Below are positions 29,215 to 38,301 of a DNA stretch of 64,000 nucleotides, piece after piece (position 1 is the first letter of the stretch; each line of letters begins with the position of its first letter). Source of the stretch: Candidatus Bathyarchaeota archaeon (GTDB lineage Archaea; Thermoproteota; Bathyarchaeia; Bathyarchaeales; SOJC01); contig CP070649.1 in NCBI GenBank assembly GCA_020354575.1, forward strand, positions 830,504 through 894,503. The letters are read 5' to 3'. A program made the translations under genes and the position numbers. Below the pieces are notes generated by a model. The model was given only the letters and a program-made list of their open reading frames with translations, did not search any database and was not told where the DNA came from.

Positions 29215-30036
29215 ATGGTGAAATGTTGGCAATGTGATACAGAAACTTACATGCCTTTTAAGTGTCCTTACTGTAGCCAATATTTCTGCGTCGAACACCG
29301 TCTTCCCGAAAATCACAACTGCTCTAGACAAGATCTTGTCAGAGCACCCAGAGCTATTTCGCCTGAAGAAACGAAGATGGCTCAATCTGAACCTTCATAT
29401 CGATATACTATGACTATGGGACCTTCGCGAAAGCAAGGTGAATTTGCATGGTTTAGCGCAACAGAGATCAAGCATCTTCTGTTAGGGGCGCTGTTAACCT
29501 TGGCCATTGGTCTTTCTATGCCATTATATTGGTCTATTGCTCTCTTTGAAGATCCCCTAATTCTCACCAGCTTAGCGACAGTGTTTACTTTTTCGTTTCT
29601 GACACATGAGTTGGCTCATAAAATCACCGCTCAACGCTACGGATTATGGGCTGAATTTAGAATAACTCGGTTTGGAGCCCTAATTACGTTGCTATCGATA
29701 TTTTCTCCTTTCAAAGTAATTTCCCCAGGAGCAGTAATGGTGGCGGGAGTAGCTGACCGAAAAACAATCGGTAAAACTTCAGTAGCTGGACCGATGACGA
29801 ATATTGCTTTGACAGTATTTTTCCTCGTGGGTGTGCAAGCAGTTCAAGGGCCTATTGCCTTTGTATTCAAGTTTGGTGTGATGATTAACTCATTTATCGC
29901 ATTATTCAATCTCATTCCCTTTGGTGTATTGGATGGTTTCAAGGTCTTCTTTTGGAGCAAACTAATCTGGGGAATCGCCTTTTCCTTATCTCTAGCACTA
30001 ACGATCTATTCGTATGTGGTTCTTTCCTTCATTTAG
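29215..30036 (+). CDS. AN1-type zinc finger fused to M50/site-2-protease-like membrane metalloprotease
   Basis: The AN1 spacing is exact: C-x2-C-x9-C-x2-C-x4-C-x2-H-x5-H-x-C (CWQCDTETYMPFKCPYCSQYFCVEHRLPENHNC). HELAHK lies in a TM helix. NLIPFGVLDG is the S2P NxxPxxxLDG motif. Confidence 0.8.
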   Translation: MVKCWQCDTETYMPFKCPYCSQYFCVEHRLPENHNCSRQDLVRAPRAISPEETKMAQSEPSYRYTMTMGPSRKQGEFAWFSATEIKHLLLGALLTLAIGLSMPLYWSIALFEDPLILTSLATVFTFSFLTHELAHKITAQRYGLWAEFRITRFGALITLLSIFSPFKVISPGAVMVAGVADRKTIGKTSVAGPMTNIALTVFFLVGVQAVQGPIAFVFKFGVMINSFIALFNLIPFGVLDGFKVFFWSKLIWGIAFSLSLALTIYSYVVLSFI

Positions 30037-30094
30037 GCTGCATCGCGTAAGCATACCTCAGCAGGCCCACAAAAGTCAGAAATGACCTTCAGAA

Positions 30095-30403
30095 CTAAAG
30101 TAACTCAATACTTACATAAACTTCTTCAGGCACACGAATTCTCATGATACGTCGCATGACCCGTTCTTCAGCATCAATATCAATCAGCCTTTTGTGAATC
30201 CGCATTTCCCACCTATCCCAAGTCGCAGTGCCCGCTCCAGAAGGGGCTTTTAAAACTGGTACTTTCAATCGTTTTGTGGGCAACGGAATTGGCCCCGTCA
30301 TTTTGACACCTGTTTTTTCTGCGATTGCCTTAAGTTCATTGCATACTTCTTCTAATCGTTTGTAGTCTGTGCTTGTTAGTCTTATTCGTGCCTTTCTCGC
30401 CAT
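30095..30403 (-). CDS. rps10: 30S ribosomal protein uS10
   Basis: [17 protein letters not shown]...[10 protein letters not shown]...[13 protein letters not shown]. Confidence 0.93.
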   Translation of the reverse strand: MARKARIRLTSTDYKRLEEVCNELKAIAEKTGVKMTGPIPLPTKRLKVPVLKAPSGAGTATWDRWEMRIHKRLIDIDAEERVMRRIMRIRVPEEVYVSIELL

Positions 30404-30588
30404 TTTTGGATTTTCCCCTTGTGACTTCTCTTATCCATATTTACATGTTTTAAATACTTTTTCCCTAACTCTCAGATTTAATACGCACAATTTTCGAACA
30501 GTTTAGGCTTCCTGAAAACCTGGATATCATTGATAGTTTTGAAATACTCGAAGCCTGCAGCAGTTGCATGCCTGCAGGTTGAGCTGCC

Positions 30589-30939
30589 TTAAGGATTTGC
30601 ACCATCCACGTAGAGAATTAATGCCAGAGAGATCAATCCCAGAGCAAGCATGAGTAGATTCACTAGTTTCTGGTTCTTGAAACCCCAACGCATCAGTGAG
30701 AATTTCACCTCGACTATTACGTGCACGAGGAGCAGAACAAATAACGGCACATCAAGCAACGTGTGCAGATAAGAGGCCGTAAAAAAATCTAAAATACCCC
30801 CTGTTAGGAAAGAAATCAGATTTGGCTTTGTTAGTCCGTAACCTGTGACAACAAGCAAGATCATGAAGAAAAGAAGAATCCAGACAATTGCCCGATTGAC
30901 TTTCATGAGATAATAGTTCGCATTTTTTGAGATAGGCAT
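30589..30939 (-). CDS. small three-TM membrane protein
   Basis: Hydrophobic helices only. Confidence 0.45.
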   Translation of the reverse strand: MPISKNANYYLMKVNRAIVWILLFFMILLVVTGYGLTKPNLISFLTGGILDFFTASYLHTLLDVPLFVLLLVHVIVEVKFSLMRWGFKNQKLVNLLMLALGLISLALILYVDGANP

Positions 30940-31337
30940 TTTTAAACGAACCTCTGGTGAAAATTTATGACGTGCGTCATAATAATTAAACTTGTTGGAA
31001 TTATAAATATGTTATGATCGGATTAGGCCTTACATTCTTCAGGATATTGTGTGGATTTGTGCATATTCAGAATTCATAAACGATAAGTTGCACGAAAGGA
31101 AGAAACGAGGAATGCGAGTGGATGAGGCCTTCATTGAGAGGACTCAAGTTCTTCCTCCTTTCTCTTTCGTCTCATTGCCACTCGCCACATTCCTGCAATA
31201 GCTACATACTTCGAACTGCGGAGCTCTGCACTCTTTCTAGACAGAAAAATCAAAGGCATATATTAGTTAGATATATTTTAGAAGCCGAACATTTCCATTG
31301 GAAAACAAACGTGAACTCGATTCTCTAGATAATATAA

Positions 31338-31601
31338 CTATAGTTCTGCAACCAACTTTGCGCAAGCTTCCACTATCTTACCCCACTCGTCTTTGCTGAC
31401 GATACTCATCTTTTGCTTGCGTTTCCACTGGTTTTCTTTCTTTATCCATTGATAGACTGCTACTTGTCTTTTTCCATAGTTCTCTGTCAAGAGAGCTGCT
31501 TTCCACCATTTCTCACTCCTATAGATATCCACGCCTCGAATAACCTTGATGACTTCATGCACTGGATATTTTTGTCCATTATTTTTGATTTTTCCACTCA
31601 T
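31338..31601 (-). CDS. small Trp/Lys-rich hypothetical protein
   Basis: 87-aa ORF. No motif recognised. Confidence 0.4.
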   Translation of the reverse strand: MSGKIKNNGQKYPVHEVIKVIRGVDIYRSEKWWKAALLTENYGKRQVAVYQWIKKENQWKRKQKMSIVSKDEWGKIVEACAKLVAEL

Positions 31602-31654
31602 CTCCTTTTGCTCCTTATTTTAACACTGTTAATCATTTTATTATGTATGTACAC

Positions 31655-31858
31655 TCACGCTTTCTCTATATGCTTAGTGTTTCCGTTTACAGAGGAAATT
31701 CTTTCTTTCTCTATGAGATATTTAGCGCCACAACACCTGCAAGCCAAATATCCCTCTTTCATCTTTTTCTCAATGAAATTCCTACATTCCTTCTTAGTGA
31801 GAAACAAGGGTTGACCACACTTTTCACAAAGCGATTTATCGAATTTATCGTTAATCAT
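31655..31858 (-). CDS. small zinc-ribbon protein
   Basis: CEKCG...CRCCG. Confidence 0.45.
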   Translation of the reverse strand: MINDKFDKSLCEKCGQPLFLTKKECRNFIEKKMKEGYLACRCCGAKYLIEKERISSVNGNTKHIEKA

Positions 31859-31971
31859 ACCTTAGTAGTTAAAACCTACACCTCATTAAGCTATCGCTGA
31901 GATATAATCTATTGAAGACCGTGTCCGAAAATTCGGAAAAGATGATAGGTAAAACTATGAATTAACGTGAG

Positions 31972-32361
31972 TTGAGTGGAATGCTCTTTAGGGTAGAAAT
32001 TAGAGAGAAACTTCTTGACATTATTCTTGAGAATGTCAGAACGAATTTCCCTCGAGAAGAAATTCTGCTTTTACGTGGAAAAATCAGGAAGGGAGTGATC
32101 GAAATCACTGATATTGTAATCCCTCCTTTGGCTACATCAGGTCTAGGATTTTCAGTCTTCCCTGCGTCCATGCTTCCTATGGACTACTCCCTTTTAGGAA
32201 GTGTTCACTCGCATCCGTCGGGTAACCTAACCCCGTCAATTGAGGACCTGAATCACTTTTTTGGGAGAATCATGATGATAGTAGTCTATCCTTTTAAAAG
32301 AGAGAACGCAGCGGTTTTTAACAAAGCTGGGAAAAAGATCGAAATGCGATTAATAGAATAA
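31972..32361 (+). CDS. JAMM/MPN+ metalloprotease domain protein
   Basis: E...HSHPSGNLTPSIED JAMM motif. 129 aa, stand-alone. Confidence 0.8.
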   Translation: MSGMLFRVEIREKLLDIILENVRTNFPREEILLLRGKIRKGVIEITDIVIPPLATSGLGFSVFPASMLPMDYSLLGSVHSHPSGNLTPSIEDLNHFFGRIMMIVVYPFKRENAAVFNKAGKKIEMRLIE

Positions 32362-32485
32362 ATTTGTTCAGGTGTATCTTTCCGATGTATGTCAGTACTG
32401 GAAAATACAAACTTCAAGGGTACATAATAATAGATATAAGCTTAAATCGATTGGAGCTTCACCAAGTATTGTGAGTGATCTCTGC

Positions 32486-33451
32486 ATGTTTAAAACGAGA
32501 CTAACAGAATTGCTAGGCATTGAGTATCCCATCATTGCTGGAGGCATGCATCTCCTCTCTCGAGCTGAACTGGTTTCCGCAGTTTCTAATGCTGGAGGAT
32601 TGGGAATACTGGCATCAACAACCTTTGAAAATCCAGATGAGTTGCGTGCTGAAATTCAAAAAGCTTTTAGTTTGACTAACAAGCCCTTTGGAGTGAACTT
32701 GAATCTATTTCCTATGATGAGACCGAGAAGTATTGAGGAGGACATATCAATATTCATTGATGAAGGAGTGCAAATTATCGAGTCCTCTGGGGCAAGCCCT
32801 GAGCCATATGTGCGTATGCTTCAAGAAGCAGGCATAAAGATAATTCATAAAGTACCAGCTGTAAGGTTCGCCAAAAAAGCAGAGAGTGTCGGAGTTGATG
32901 CAGTGGCGATCGTGGGATTTGAATGTGCTGGACATCCAGGCATGGACGATGTCACTTCATTGATCCTCGTGCCACTAGTGGCTGATGCTGTTGATATCCC
33001 TGTTCTTGCTGGCGGAGGATTTTGTGATGCTCGCAGCTTCGTGGCAGCTTTAGCCCTGGGTGCTGATGGAGTCGTAATGGGCACACGTTTTGTAGCTACA
33101 CATGAGTGCAATGCTCATCCCAAAATAAAAGAATGGCTAGTTAAGGCGAAGGAAACCGATACGATGCTTATCGATAGATCTATTGGTTTACCAATGAGAG
33201 TTATCAAAAATAAGCAGGCAGAGAAAGCCTTGGATATGGATATGAGGAAAGCACCCTTAGAGGAGTTGTTACCTGTGATTAGCGGAGAATTGGGACGGAA
33301 AGCATGGATGGAAGGAGAGATAGAAACAGGTATTGTTTCCCTTGGTATGTCTGTTGGAAGAATTCAGGAAATAATGAGCGTAAAGGATGTATTTGAAAGT
33401 ATCATTGGAAAGGCAAAATCCCTTTGCAGACATTTAAATCTTGAAGCATAA
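32486..33451 (+). CDS. nitronate monooxygenase / FabK-like FMN oxidoreductase
   Basis: LLGIEYPIIAGGM, GFECAGH and PVLAGGG motifs. Start at MFKTRL rather than the upstream GTG. Confidence 0.8.
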   Translation: MFKTRLTELLGIEYPIIAGGMHLLSRAELVSAVSNAGGLGILASTTFENPDELRAEIQKAFSLTNKPFGVNLNLFPMMRPRSIEEDISIFIDEGVQIIESSGASPEPYVRMLQEAGIKIIHKVPAVRFAKKAESVGVDAVAIVGFECAGHPGMDDVTSLILVPLVADAVDIPVLAGGGFCDARSFVAALALGADGVVMGTRFVATHECNAHPKIKEWLVKAKETDTMLIDRSIGLPMRVIKNKQAEKALDMDMRKAPLEELLPVISGELGRKAWMEGEIETGIVSLGMSVGRIQEIMSVKDVFESIIGKAKSLCRHLNLEA

Positions 33452-33701
33452 TTGTCCCTGTGAGGACATATGAGCTCGCTTTCACCCCGCATAGGACATT
33501 GCCACTCTAAATTCGCTGCTTTTGCTGGATAAAGCCAGCAAGAATCTCTTTTCTCTCTATATTATCATTAGATGGAGTGTAGGGATGCGTTACAACCTGC
33601 TCTTCGTACATGTGGTTTTAGAAAAAGTTCGGAAGGTGATTATCTAACCTTCTCAAGTTCTGAATTCTTGAATCTTTTGGCACTAAAGCGAGGGTTTTTT
33701 C

Positions 33702-34100
33702 TTAGAAGAATCTGCGCTTCTTTTTGGGCTCTTCAGGCTCTGGGGCAGCTTCTGGTGGTGCCTCTGGCTCCATTACTACTATTTCTTCTTGAGGCGACGT
33801 TTGCTCCTCAGTTTTTGGCTTTGGAGGTTCTTGTACTTCGGCAGGGGGACTCTCCTCTGGTGTCTTCAGCCTCTTTTCAAGGTCTTTTATCCTAGCCTCA
33901 AGTTGGTCAATTGCATCGCGCTTCGATTTAACCTGCGACTCCAATTTTTCAAGTGCCTGTCTTTCCTCTTGCACAGCGAGTTTTTCTTCAAGGGCCTTAA
34001 CTTTATCGTTCAAGGCTTTTTCGCTTTCGTCCATCGATTTCAATTCATTTTCCAATTCAGTTTTCTTTTTCTGAATTTCCTCTAGCTCTATTGGGCTCAT
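33702..34100 (-). CDS. coiled-coil protein with Pro/Glu-rich tail
   Basis: Heptad-rich first 80 aa, then a PE-rich segment ending KKKRRFF. Confidence 0.5.
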   Translation of the reverse strand: MSPIELEEIQKKKTELENELKSMDESEKALNDKVKALEEKLAVQEERQALEKLESQVKSKRDAIDQLEARIKDLEKRLKTPEESPPAEVQEPPKPKTEEQTSPQEEIVVMEPEAPPEAAPEPEEPKKKRRFF

Positions 34101-34352
34101 GTGATTTCACTACTAAACTCCCTACGGGAACTGAAAATAAGTAAGTTATGAAACCGCAATCAATATTTCGAATATAGTAGATACGGCATGCATGTTAGCT
34201 GGCTCCTTCATCGAATATCTGCCTGCAAGCGCAATTGCCCCTTGCATCTTTATCTGTCGATGCCTACGTATCGAGATTGATAATAGTTCTCAAAAAAAGT
34301 TATAGAAAATATCATAAATAACCCTTAATTAAGACGCTAGCGAATTATTTTA

Positions 34353-34994
34353 TTGGAGAAGGCTCTGGGAAGAAAGAACATGAACTTTCTTGAGCTACTG
34401 CTATCGCAATGCTTACATGATCACAATCCACTGCTAGATCTCCAAGGCTCAGACCGACGAGTTCTGCAAATCGCTTGTGAAGATTTAATGAATTTTTTGA
34501 AGAACCATTGGGGTTTGGCTGGTCAAGAAAATGGAGACTACGATTTAATCGAGAAGCTCAACGAATATTCTAAGAATCACTCTGAGGAATTTTCTGAGTT
34601 CGTAAGCGTATGGTCTGGACTTTGGATCAGAAAGTGGAATCAAAGGGTCAAACTTCTCATTGGAAACCAGAACTCATCTCAATGGGCAAGAGTAAATAAA
34701 AGATTGAAAAACGCAGAATCAGCGTGGCAGCAGCTTAAAAAGCGTGGGGAAATTAAGGATATTTTGGTGAGTTCGCTAATTAGAAATGGCGAAATTTGTG
34801 GAACTTCTATAATGGCGGAAAACATATTGAAGCTTGAGCTCGGGTCATTCAAAGAAAAATCCTGCTGGAATAATGAACAGGAAAAGGTTCTATCAATCGT
34901 GAATACTACTTTACGTAAAGCTAGACAGCTTTCTTATAGTAAAGGACCGCTTATTTTTGTAAAGATTGATAAGAAGTACTTTGCCCTTCATTGA
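34353..34994 (+). CDS. hypothetical protein
   Basis: 213-aa ORF with a TTG start. No motif recognised. Confidence 0.4.
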   Translation: MEKALGRKNMNFLELLLSQCLHDHNPLLDLQGSDRRVLQIACEDLMNFLKNHWGLAGQENGDYDLIEKLNEYSKNHSEEFSEFVSVWSGLWIRKWNQRVKLLIGNQNSSQWARVNKRLKNAESAWQQLKKRGEIKDILVSSLIRNGEICGTSIMAENILKLELGSFKEKSCWNNEQEKVLSIVNTTLRKARQLSYSKGPLIFVKIDKKYFALH

Positions 34995-35028
34995 AGAATT
35001 ATCTGTCTGCTAAGAATCTTGATTTGTG

Positions 35029-35217
35029 TTATCGTTTTCTTTCTCCTTGAATACTCTTTGTTCGCCACGAGTATGTTTTAAGTGTAGGTGTTACTCCATA
35101 ACCGCAAGCAGAACATCGTTTTTTCCTTATGTGATAAGCTCTTCTTCCACATCTCCGGCATTTTATGTGTAAGAGTTTTTTTGAATGTTTGCCGAAGGAG
35201 GGGGTACCTTTTCCCAT
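35029..35217 (-). CDS. rpl37e: 50S ribosomal protein L37e
   Basis: MGKGTPSFGKHSKKLLHIKCRRCGRRAYHIRKKRCSACGYG. Confidence 0.93.
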   Translation of the reverse strand: MGKGTPSFGKHSKKLLHIKCRRCGRRAYHIRKKRCSACGYGVTPTLKTYSWRTKSIQGERKR

Positions 35218-35221
35218 TTTT

Positions 35222-35467
35222 TCACCTTGGTGGTGGTGAGATTATTACTACATTATCTCCTCGGACGATTAGGGTGTCTAATTTTTTAATGTTTTCTGAA
35301 TCCGTGCTATCTTCCGTCTCTTCCAGTACTAAATTAAGATGCTGATCGAATCCTCTTAGTTTCCCTCTTAGACTTTTTCCGCCTTTTAGCCGAACGAGAA
35401 CTGTCTTTCCTAGACTTTCCTCAAGGATTTGAGTTGTCATTTCGCTCATTTTTGAATGCTCCAACAA
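35222..35467 (-). CDS. Sm-like (LSm) archaeal protein
   Basis: Sm1/Sm2 motifs: VLVRLKGGKSLRGKLRGFDQHLNLVLEE...LIVRGDNVVII. The canonical LSm-L37e pair. Confidence 0.9.
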   Translation of the reverse strand: MLEHSKMSEMTTQILEESLGKTVLVRLKGGKSLRGKLRGFDQHLNLVLEETEDSTDSENIKKLDTLIVRGDNVVIISPPPR

Positions 35468-35661
35468 TGTTCCTGTGTATGCTTTTAATAGGTGAAAGAA
35501 TTAGTCATTTAAATGTATCTATGGTCTTTCCAATGTATCTATAGCCTATTTCCGCTTCCTGAACAGCTTAAGCCCGTCCATATCCGTTACGTACTCAAAC
35601 CCGACTTCCAGCAGCTTTTTTGCTTCTTTCACAGTTGCATGCATGCACATATCTCAAAAGA

Positions 35662-35687
35662 GATTTTTGGGGGGGACATCTCCACTA
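35662..35687 (+). repeat. cassette-boundary repeat copy R1
   Basis: GATTTTTGGGGGGGACATCTCCACTA. Near-identical to the 3' part of R6. Confidence 0.7.
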
Positions 35688-35761
35688 TGATGCTAGTCCA
35701 AACTAGACTGGTTACCACCAAAAATAAAAGCTGAATTCTCAAAGGAAAAATTGGGATTATT

Positions 35762-36214
35762 ATGGCTGAAATTGTTGTTTCGAAGAGGACCTTTCTAATT
35801 GGGCTAGTCTTAGGAATATTGGCTTCAACCGCTATCTCTGTAACTTTCGTTATATTGGTTTATCCAAGTCTGCTGCCAAAAGGTTGGCACGAAGTGACAT
35901 TCTTCTCTGGGACTTTTCAAGAATATGACTCTGAGACATTAGAAAAGTTCCATATTTCCAGTAATCATTGGAGGTTAAAGTGGAATACTGATTTGCACAA
36001 GAACCCGGAAAATGCTGAGTTCCATGTTTTTGTAATAGAATGGATTAACGTACGCCCGTATTTCCATCAAGCGGCACCAATTACTCCTGAAAGCCGTGTC
36101 GGTTCTTTTTGGATTGATTATGGACTTGAGTATTTTATTGGTCCAGGACAAAAGCAGGTTGAAGTTGCAGGTGCGACAGTGAACTATACTATAATCATTG
36201 AAGCATACTACTGA
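35762..36214 (+). CDS. membrane-anchored extracellular hypothetical protein
   Basis: N-terminal TM helix plus a beta-rich domain of about 110 aa. Confidence 0.5.
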   Translation: MAEIVVSKRTFLIGLVLGILASTAISVTFVILVYPSLLPKGWHEVTFFSGTFQEYDSETLEKFHISSNHWRLKWNTDLHKNPENAEFHVFVIEWINVRPYFHQAAPITPESRVGSFWIDYGLEYFIGPGQKQVEVAGATVNYTIIIEAYY

Positions 36215-36222
36215 ATCTCTCT

Positions 36223-36256
36223 AAAAAAATGGGGAGTGCGCGGGTGATATCTCCAT
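36223..36256 (+). repeat. cassette-boundary repeat copy R2
   Basis: AAAAAAATGGGGAGTGCGCGGGTGATATCTCCAT. Begins 9 nt after the preceding stop codon. Confidence 0.7.
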
Positions 36257-36312
36257 TCAATGTCAGATTCCATATATAGTTGATGTCATCAAAGACAAAG
36301 TAAGGTCAGTAT

Positions 36313-36675
36313 ATGAACTGGAAGACTTTCGGGTATTATCTCTCTTTTGTTGCGGTTGTATGTATGCTTGTATTCACCATCTGGTTTGGTCGCTTTCTTA
36401 GTCAGCCAATTCCTGGAGTTTTTTTCTTCTTTGGTATTGGTGGTGCTCTACTAATCTGGACCAGAAGCCGTTTGCTGCGGATTCTCGGAGAGCTTCTAGT
36501 GGTTGGCTGTTCTGTTCTTTGGTGGTTTACTGCGATCGGTGGATATTTCTTGCCAACCCCGATGTTCTTCTCCAATGTGCAGCAACCCTTGGGTTGGATA
36601 ATGGGGTTCCCCGTGCTCTTGGCGACCCTAGGGGGTGCCCTCACCATAATCAGTAGCATTCGACAGTCTCGTTGA
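36313..36675 (+). CDS. four-TM small membrane protein
   Basis: Hydrophobic helices only. Confidence 0.5.
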   Translation: MNWKTFGYYLSFVAVVCMLVFTIWFGRFLSQPIPGVFFFFGIGGALLIWTRSRLLRILGELLVVGCSVLWWFTAIGGYFLPTPMFFSNVQQPLGWIMGFPVLLATLGGALTIISSIRQSR

Positions 36676-36715
36676 AAAAAAGGAGTGTGCGGGAATAATC
36701 GGGTGATATCTCCAT
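36675..36715 (+). repeat. cassette-boundary repeat copy R3
   Basis: AAAAAAAGGAGTGTGCGGGAATAATCGGGTGATATCTCCAT. Starts at the last base of the preceding stop codon. Confidence 0.7.
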
Positions 36716-36721
36716 CAGTGT

Positions 36722-37078
36722 ATGGCACACACAGCTAGCTATCCCAATTGCATCTTTTTATGTCCAGGCGATTATGTTTTACCAGTAAGGAGAGCTGGGT
36801 TATCTGAAGAAGCGAAGCTTCATTTCACCAAAGTAAAACTTGATAAAGCAAAGAGACACATCAGGTCAGGGTATAGACTTCTTGTAGCTGGAATATTTGT
36901 GACAGCTACTGGACTCTTCTTCAGACTGATAGATGAATTCTTTTTCTTTATTTTTGTGACTCCTACTTTGCTCCCTAATGGCTTCATATTGGGAGGAACG
37001 GGACTTCTGGAGAGTATCTATGGAGTGTACCAGACAGGCAGATTAACCGAACAACTGAAAGCCTTGTCTTCTAGCTAA
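36722..37078 (+). CDS. two-TM small membrane protein
   Basis: 118-aa ORF with a soluble N-terminal part and two TM helices. Confidence 0.45.
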   Translation: MAHTASYPNCIFLCPGDYVLPVRRAGLSEEAKLHFTKVKLDKAKRHIRSGYRLLVAGIFVTATGLFFRLIDEFFFFIFVTPTLLPNGFILGGTGLLESIYGVYQTGRLTEQLKALSSS

Positions 37079-37088
37079 CGTTGCTAGC

Positions 37089-37122
37089 AAAAAAATTGGA
37101 TAATGCCGGAGATATGGCCATG
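37089..37122 (+). repeat. cassette-boundary repeat copy R4 (degenerate)
   Basis: AAAAAAATTGGATAATGCCGGAGATATGGCCATG. Aligns to R3 (GGAATAATCGGGTGATATCTCCATC) with several substitutions. Confidence 0.5.
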
Positions 37123-37242
37123 CTAAGCAGATTCTAAGAAATAAATTAATGCGTGCGTATGCAAAACGGTAATCTTCATAAACATGTACTATAAAATCAC
37201 AAATTTTAAGTTTCATTCTCATTAATTTAACCACGAAGCACA

Positions 37243-37656
37243 TTGCCAAGTATAAAAATTGGCGCATACGAAGCATCAATTATGCTTCTCCTGATGATAA
37301 TTTTGGCAGCTCTTGGTGTTGCTGTTACTGTTGCTTGGTTTTTATTTGCGACAAGAAGTCGTCCTCTTGTGGTTGAAGAACCATTATCGATCACTGAATA
37401 CCCCAGCATAATTCACACTCGCCCCGGGGAAAACAAAACTTTGGACATCACTCTCATGAATTCAGCATACATAAGTTATGAAGTGACACTATTTTTTGCA
37501 CTAAACGAATCAGCCTATCAAGAATCTTACATTACTTTTAGCAATCTAACCTACACTATAAAACCAGGTTCAAACAATTTAACGGCTTGGCTTTTCGTGC
37601 AAAAGAATGCACCCCCTGCTTTCCTTGAGCTAACTGTTGATTTTTACAGACAGTAG
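37243..37656 (+). CDS. membrane-anchored extracellular hypothetical protein
   Basis: N-terminal TM helix plus a beta-rich domain carrying N-x-S/T sequons. Confidence 0.5.
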   Translation: MPSIKIGAYEASIMLLLMIILAALGVAVTVAWFLFATRSRPLVVEEPLSITEYPSIIHTRPGENKTLDITLMNSAYISYEVTLFFALNESAYQESYITFSNLTYTIKPGSNNLTAWLFVQKNAPPAFLELTVDFYRQ

Positions 37657-37711
37657 ACAAACCAAACCCGCTAAAAATAGCCTTAGACCGAAAACAACAA
37701 GACATCCCCTT

Positions 37712-37740
37712 GAAAAAAGAGGAGAAGGCTGGGGATATCA
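37712..37740 (+). repeat. cassette-boundary repeat copy R5 (truncated)
   Basis: GAAAAAAGAGGAGAAGGCTGGGGATATCA. Shares the A-run, the GGRG and GGGGATATC, but lacks TCCA. Confidence 0.45.
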
Positions 37741-37773
37741 TAAACTATTAAGAATTTATGCATACATGCCCCT

Positions 37774-38103
37774 CTACCACCAAGCTCTAAGTATTCCCGC
37801 AACAAACGCAGCGATAAGGCCAAATACTGTTGCTGATGGAATGCTGGCACGTAATCTTTCCACATCTAATTCGGGATAATCAAGTCCAAGGCCTTCAAGC
37901 CGGTGCGGAAGTGTATGAGGGCCATACGCAATAGCGAGTCCTATGGAGAAGAAGACCACAAAGCTAATGGCCACTACACCTAATGTCATACGAAACCGTG
38001 TCATGCGGGATTTTTTCTTCCTCTTTCTTCGGGCATCGCGCATTTGCTCATACGTTGTCGCGACTCCCCCCTTTATTAATGCGGATCTATCGCTATTCAA
38101 CAT
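37774..38103 (-). CDS. two-TM small membrane protein
   Basis: Basic N-terminus followed by two TM helices. The only minus-strand ORF of the cluster. Confidence 0.4.
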   Translation of the reverse strand: MLNSDRSALIKGGVATTYEQMRDARRKRKKKSRMTRFRMTLGVVAISFVVFFSIGLAIAYGPHTLPHRLEGLGLDYPELDVERLRASIPSATVFGLIAAFVAGILRAWW

Positions 38104-38117
38104 TTCCTTGTGTGCAT

Positions 38118-38154
38118 GGAAAAAAAGGGGATTTTTCGGGGGATATCTCCACTA
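38118..38154 (+). repeat. cassette-boundary repeat copy R6
   Basis: GGAAAAAAAGGGGATTTTTCGGGGGATATCTCCACTA. Confidence 0.7.
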
Positions 38155-38301
38155 GCTACTCATGTAAATGTATCTATAATCAAACTTACCGTTTCCCTAA
38201 GCGCTATTTATGTTTGCGAAACAGCGTCTCATCTTCCATGTATACATGCAGAAAACCAAACTATTTGTTGTTCTCATTTGAATTATCAGTGTTGGTAATT
38301 T

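Noticed and set aside
31085-31200. Purine-rich and pyrimidine-rich complementary segments (cgaaaggaagaaacgagg / cctcctttctctttcg, and ggaatgcgagtggatgag / ctcattgccactcgccacattcc) in the 400-nt spacer, a possible structured ncRNA
   Set aside because: The pairings cross each other and are imperfect, and they are partly low-complexity. No known RNA family signature is present, and no covariation evidence is available from a single sequence.
33572-33895. 107-aa plus-strand ORF
   Set aside because: It is antisense to the coiled-coil/PE-rich gene 33702..34100. Its Leu-rich repetitive translation mirrors the Glu/Lys codons of the opposite strand.
35662-38154. Interpretation of the repeat-bounded ORF cluster as a bona fide integron cassette array
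   Set aside because: No intI-like tyrosine recombinase or attI is present in the window. The repeats lack the attC R''/R' (RYYYAAC...GTTRRRY) cores. It is kept as a cassette-like array of unknown mechanism, not called an integron.
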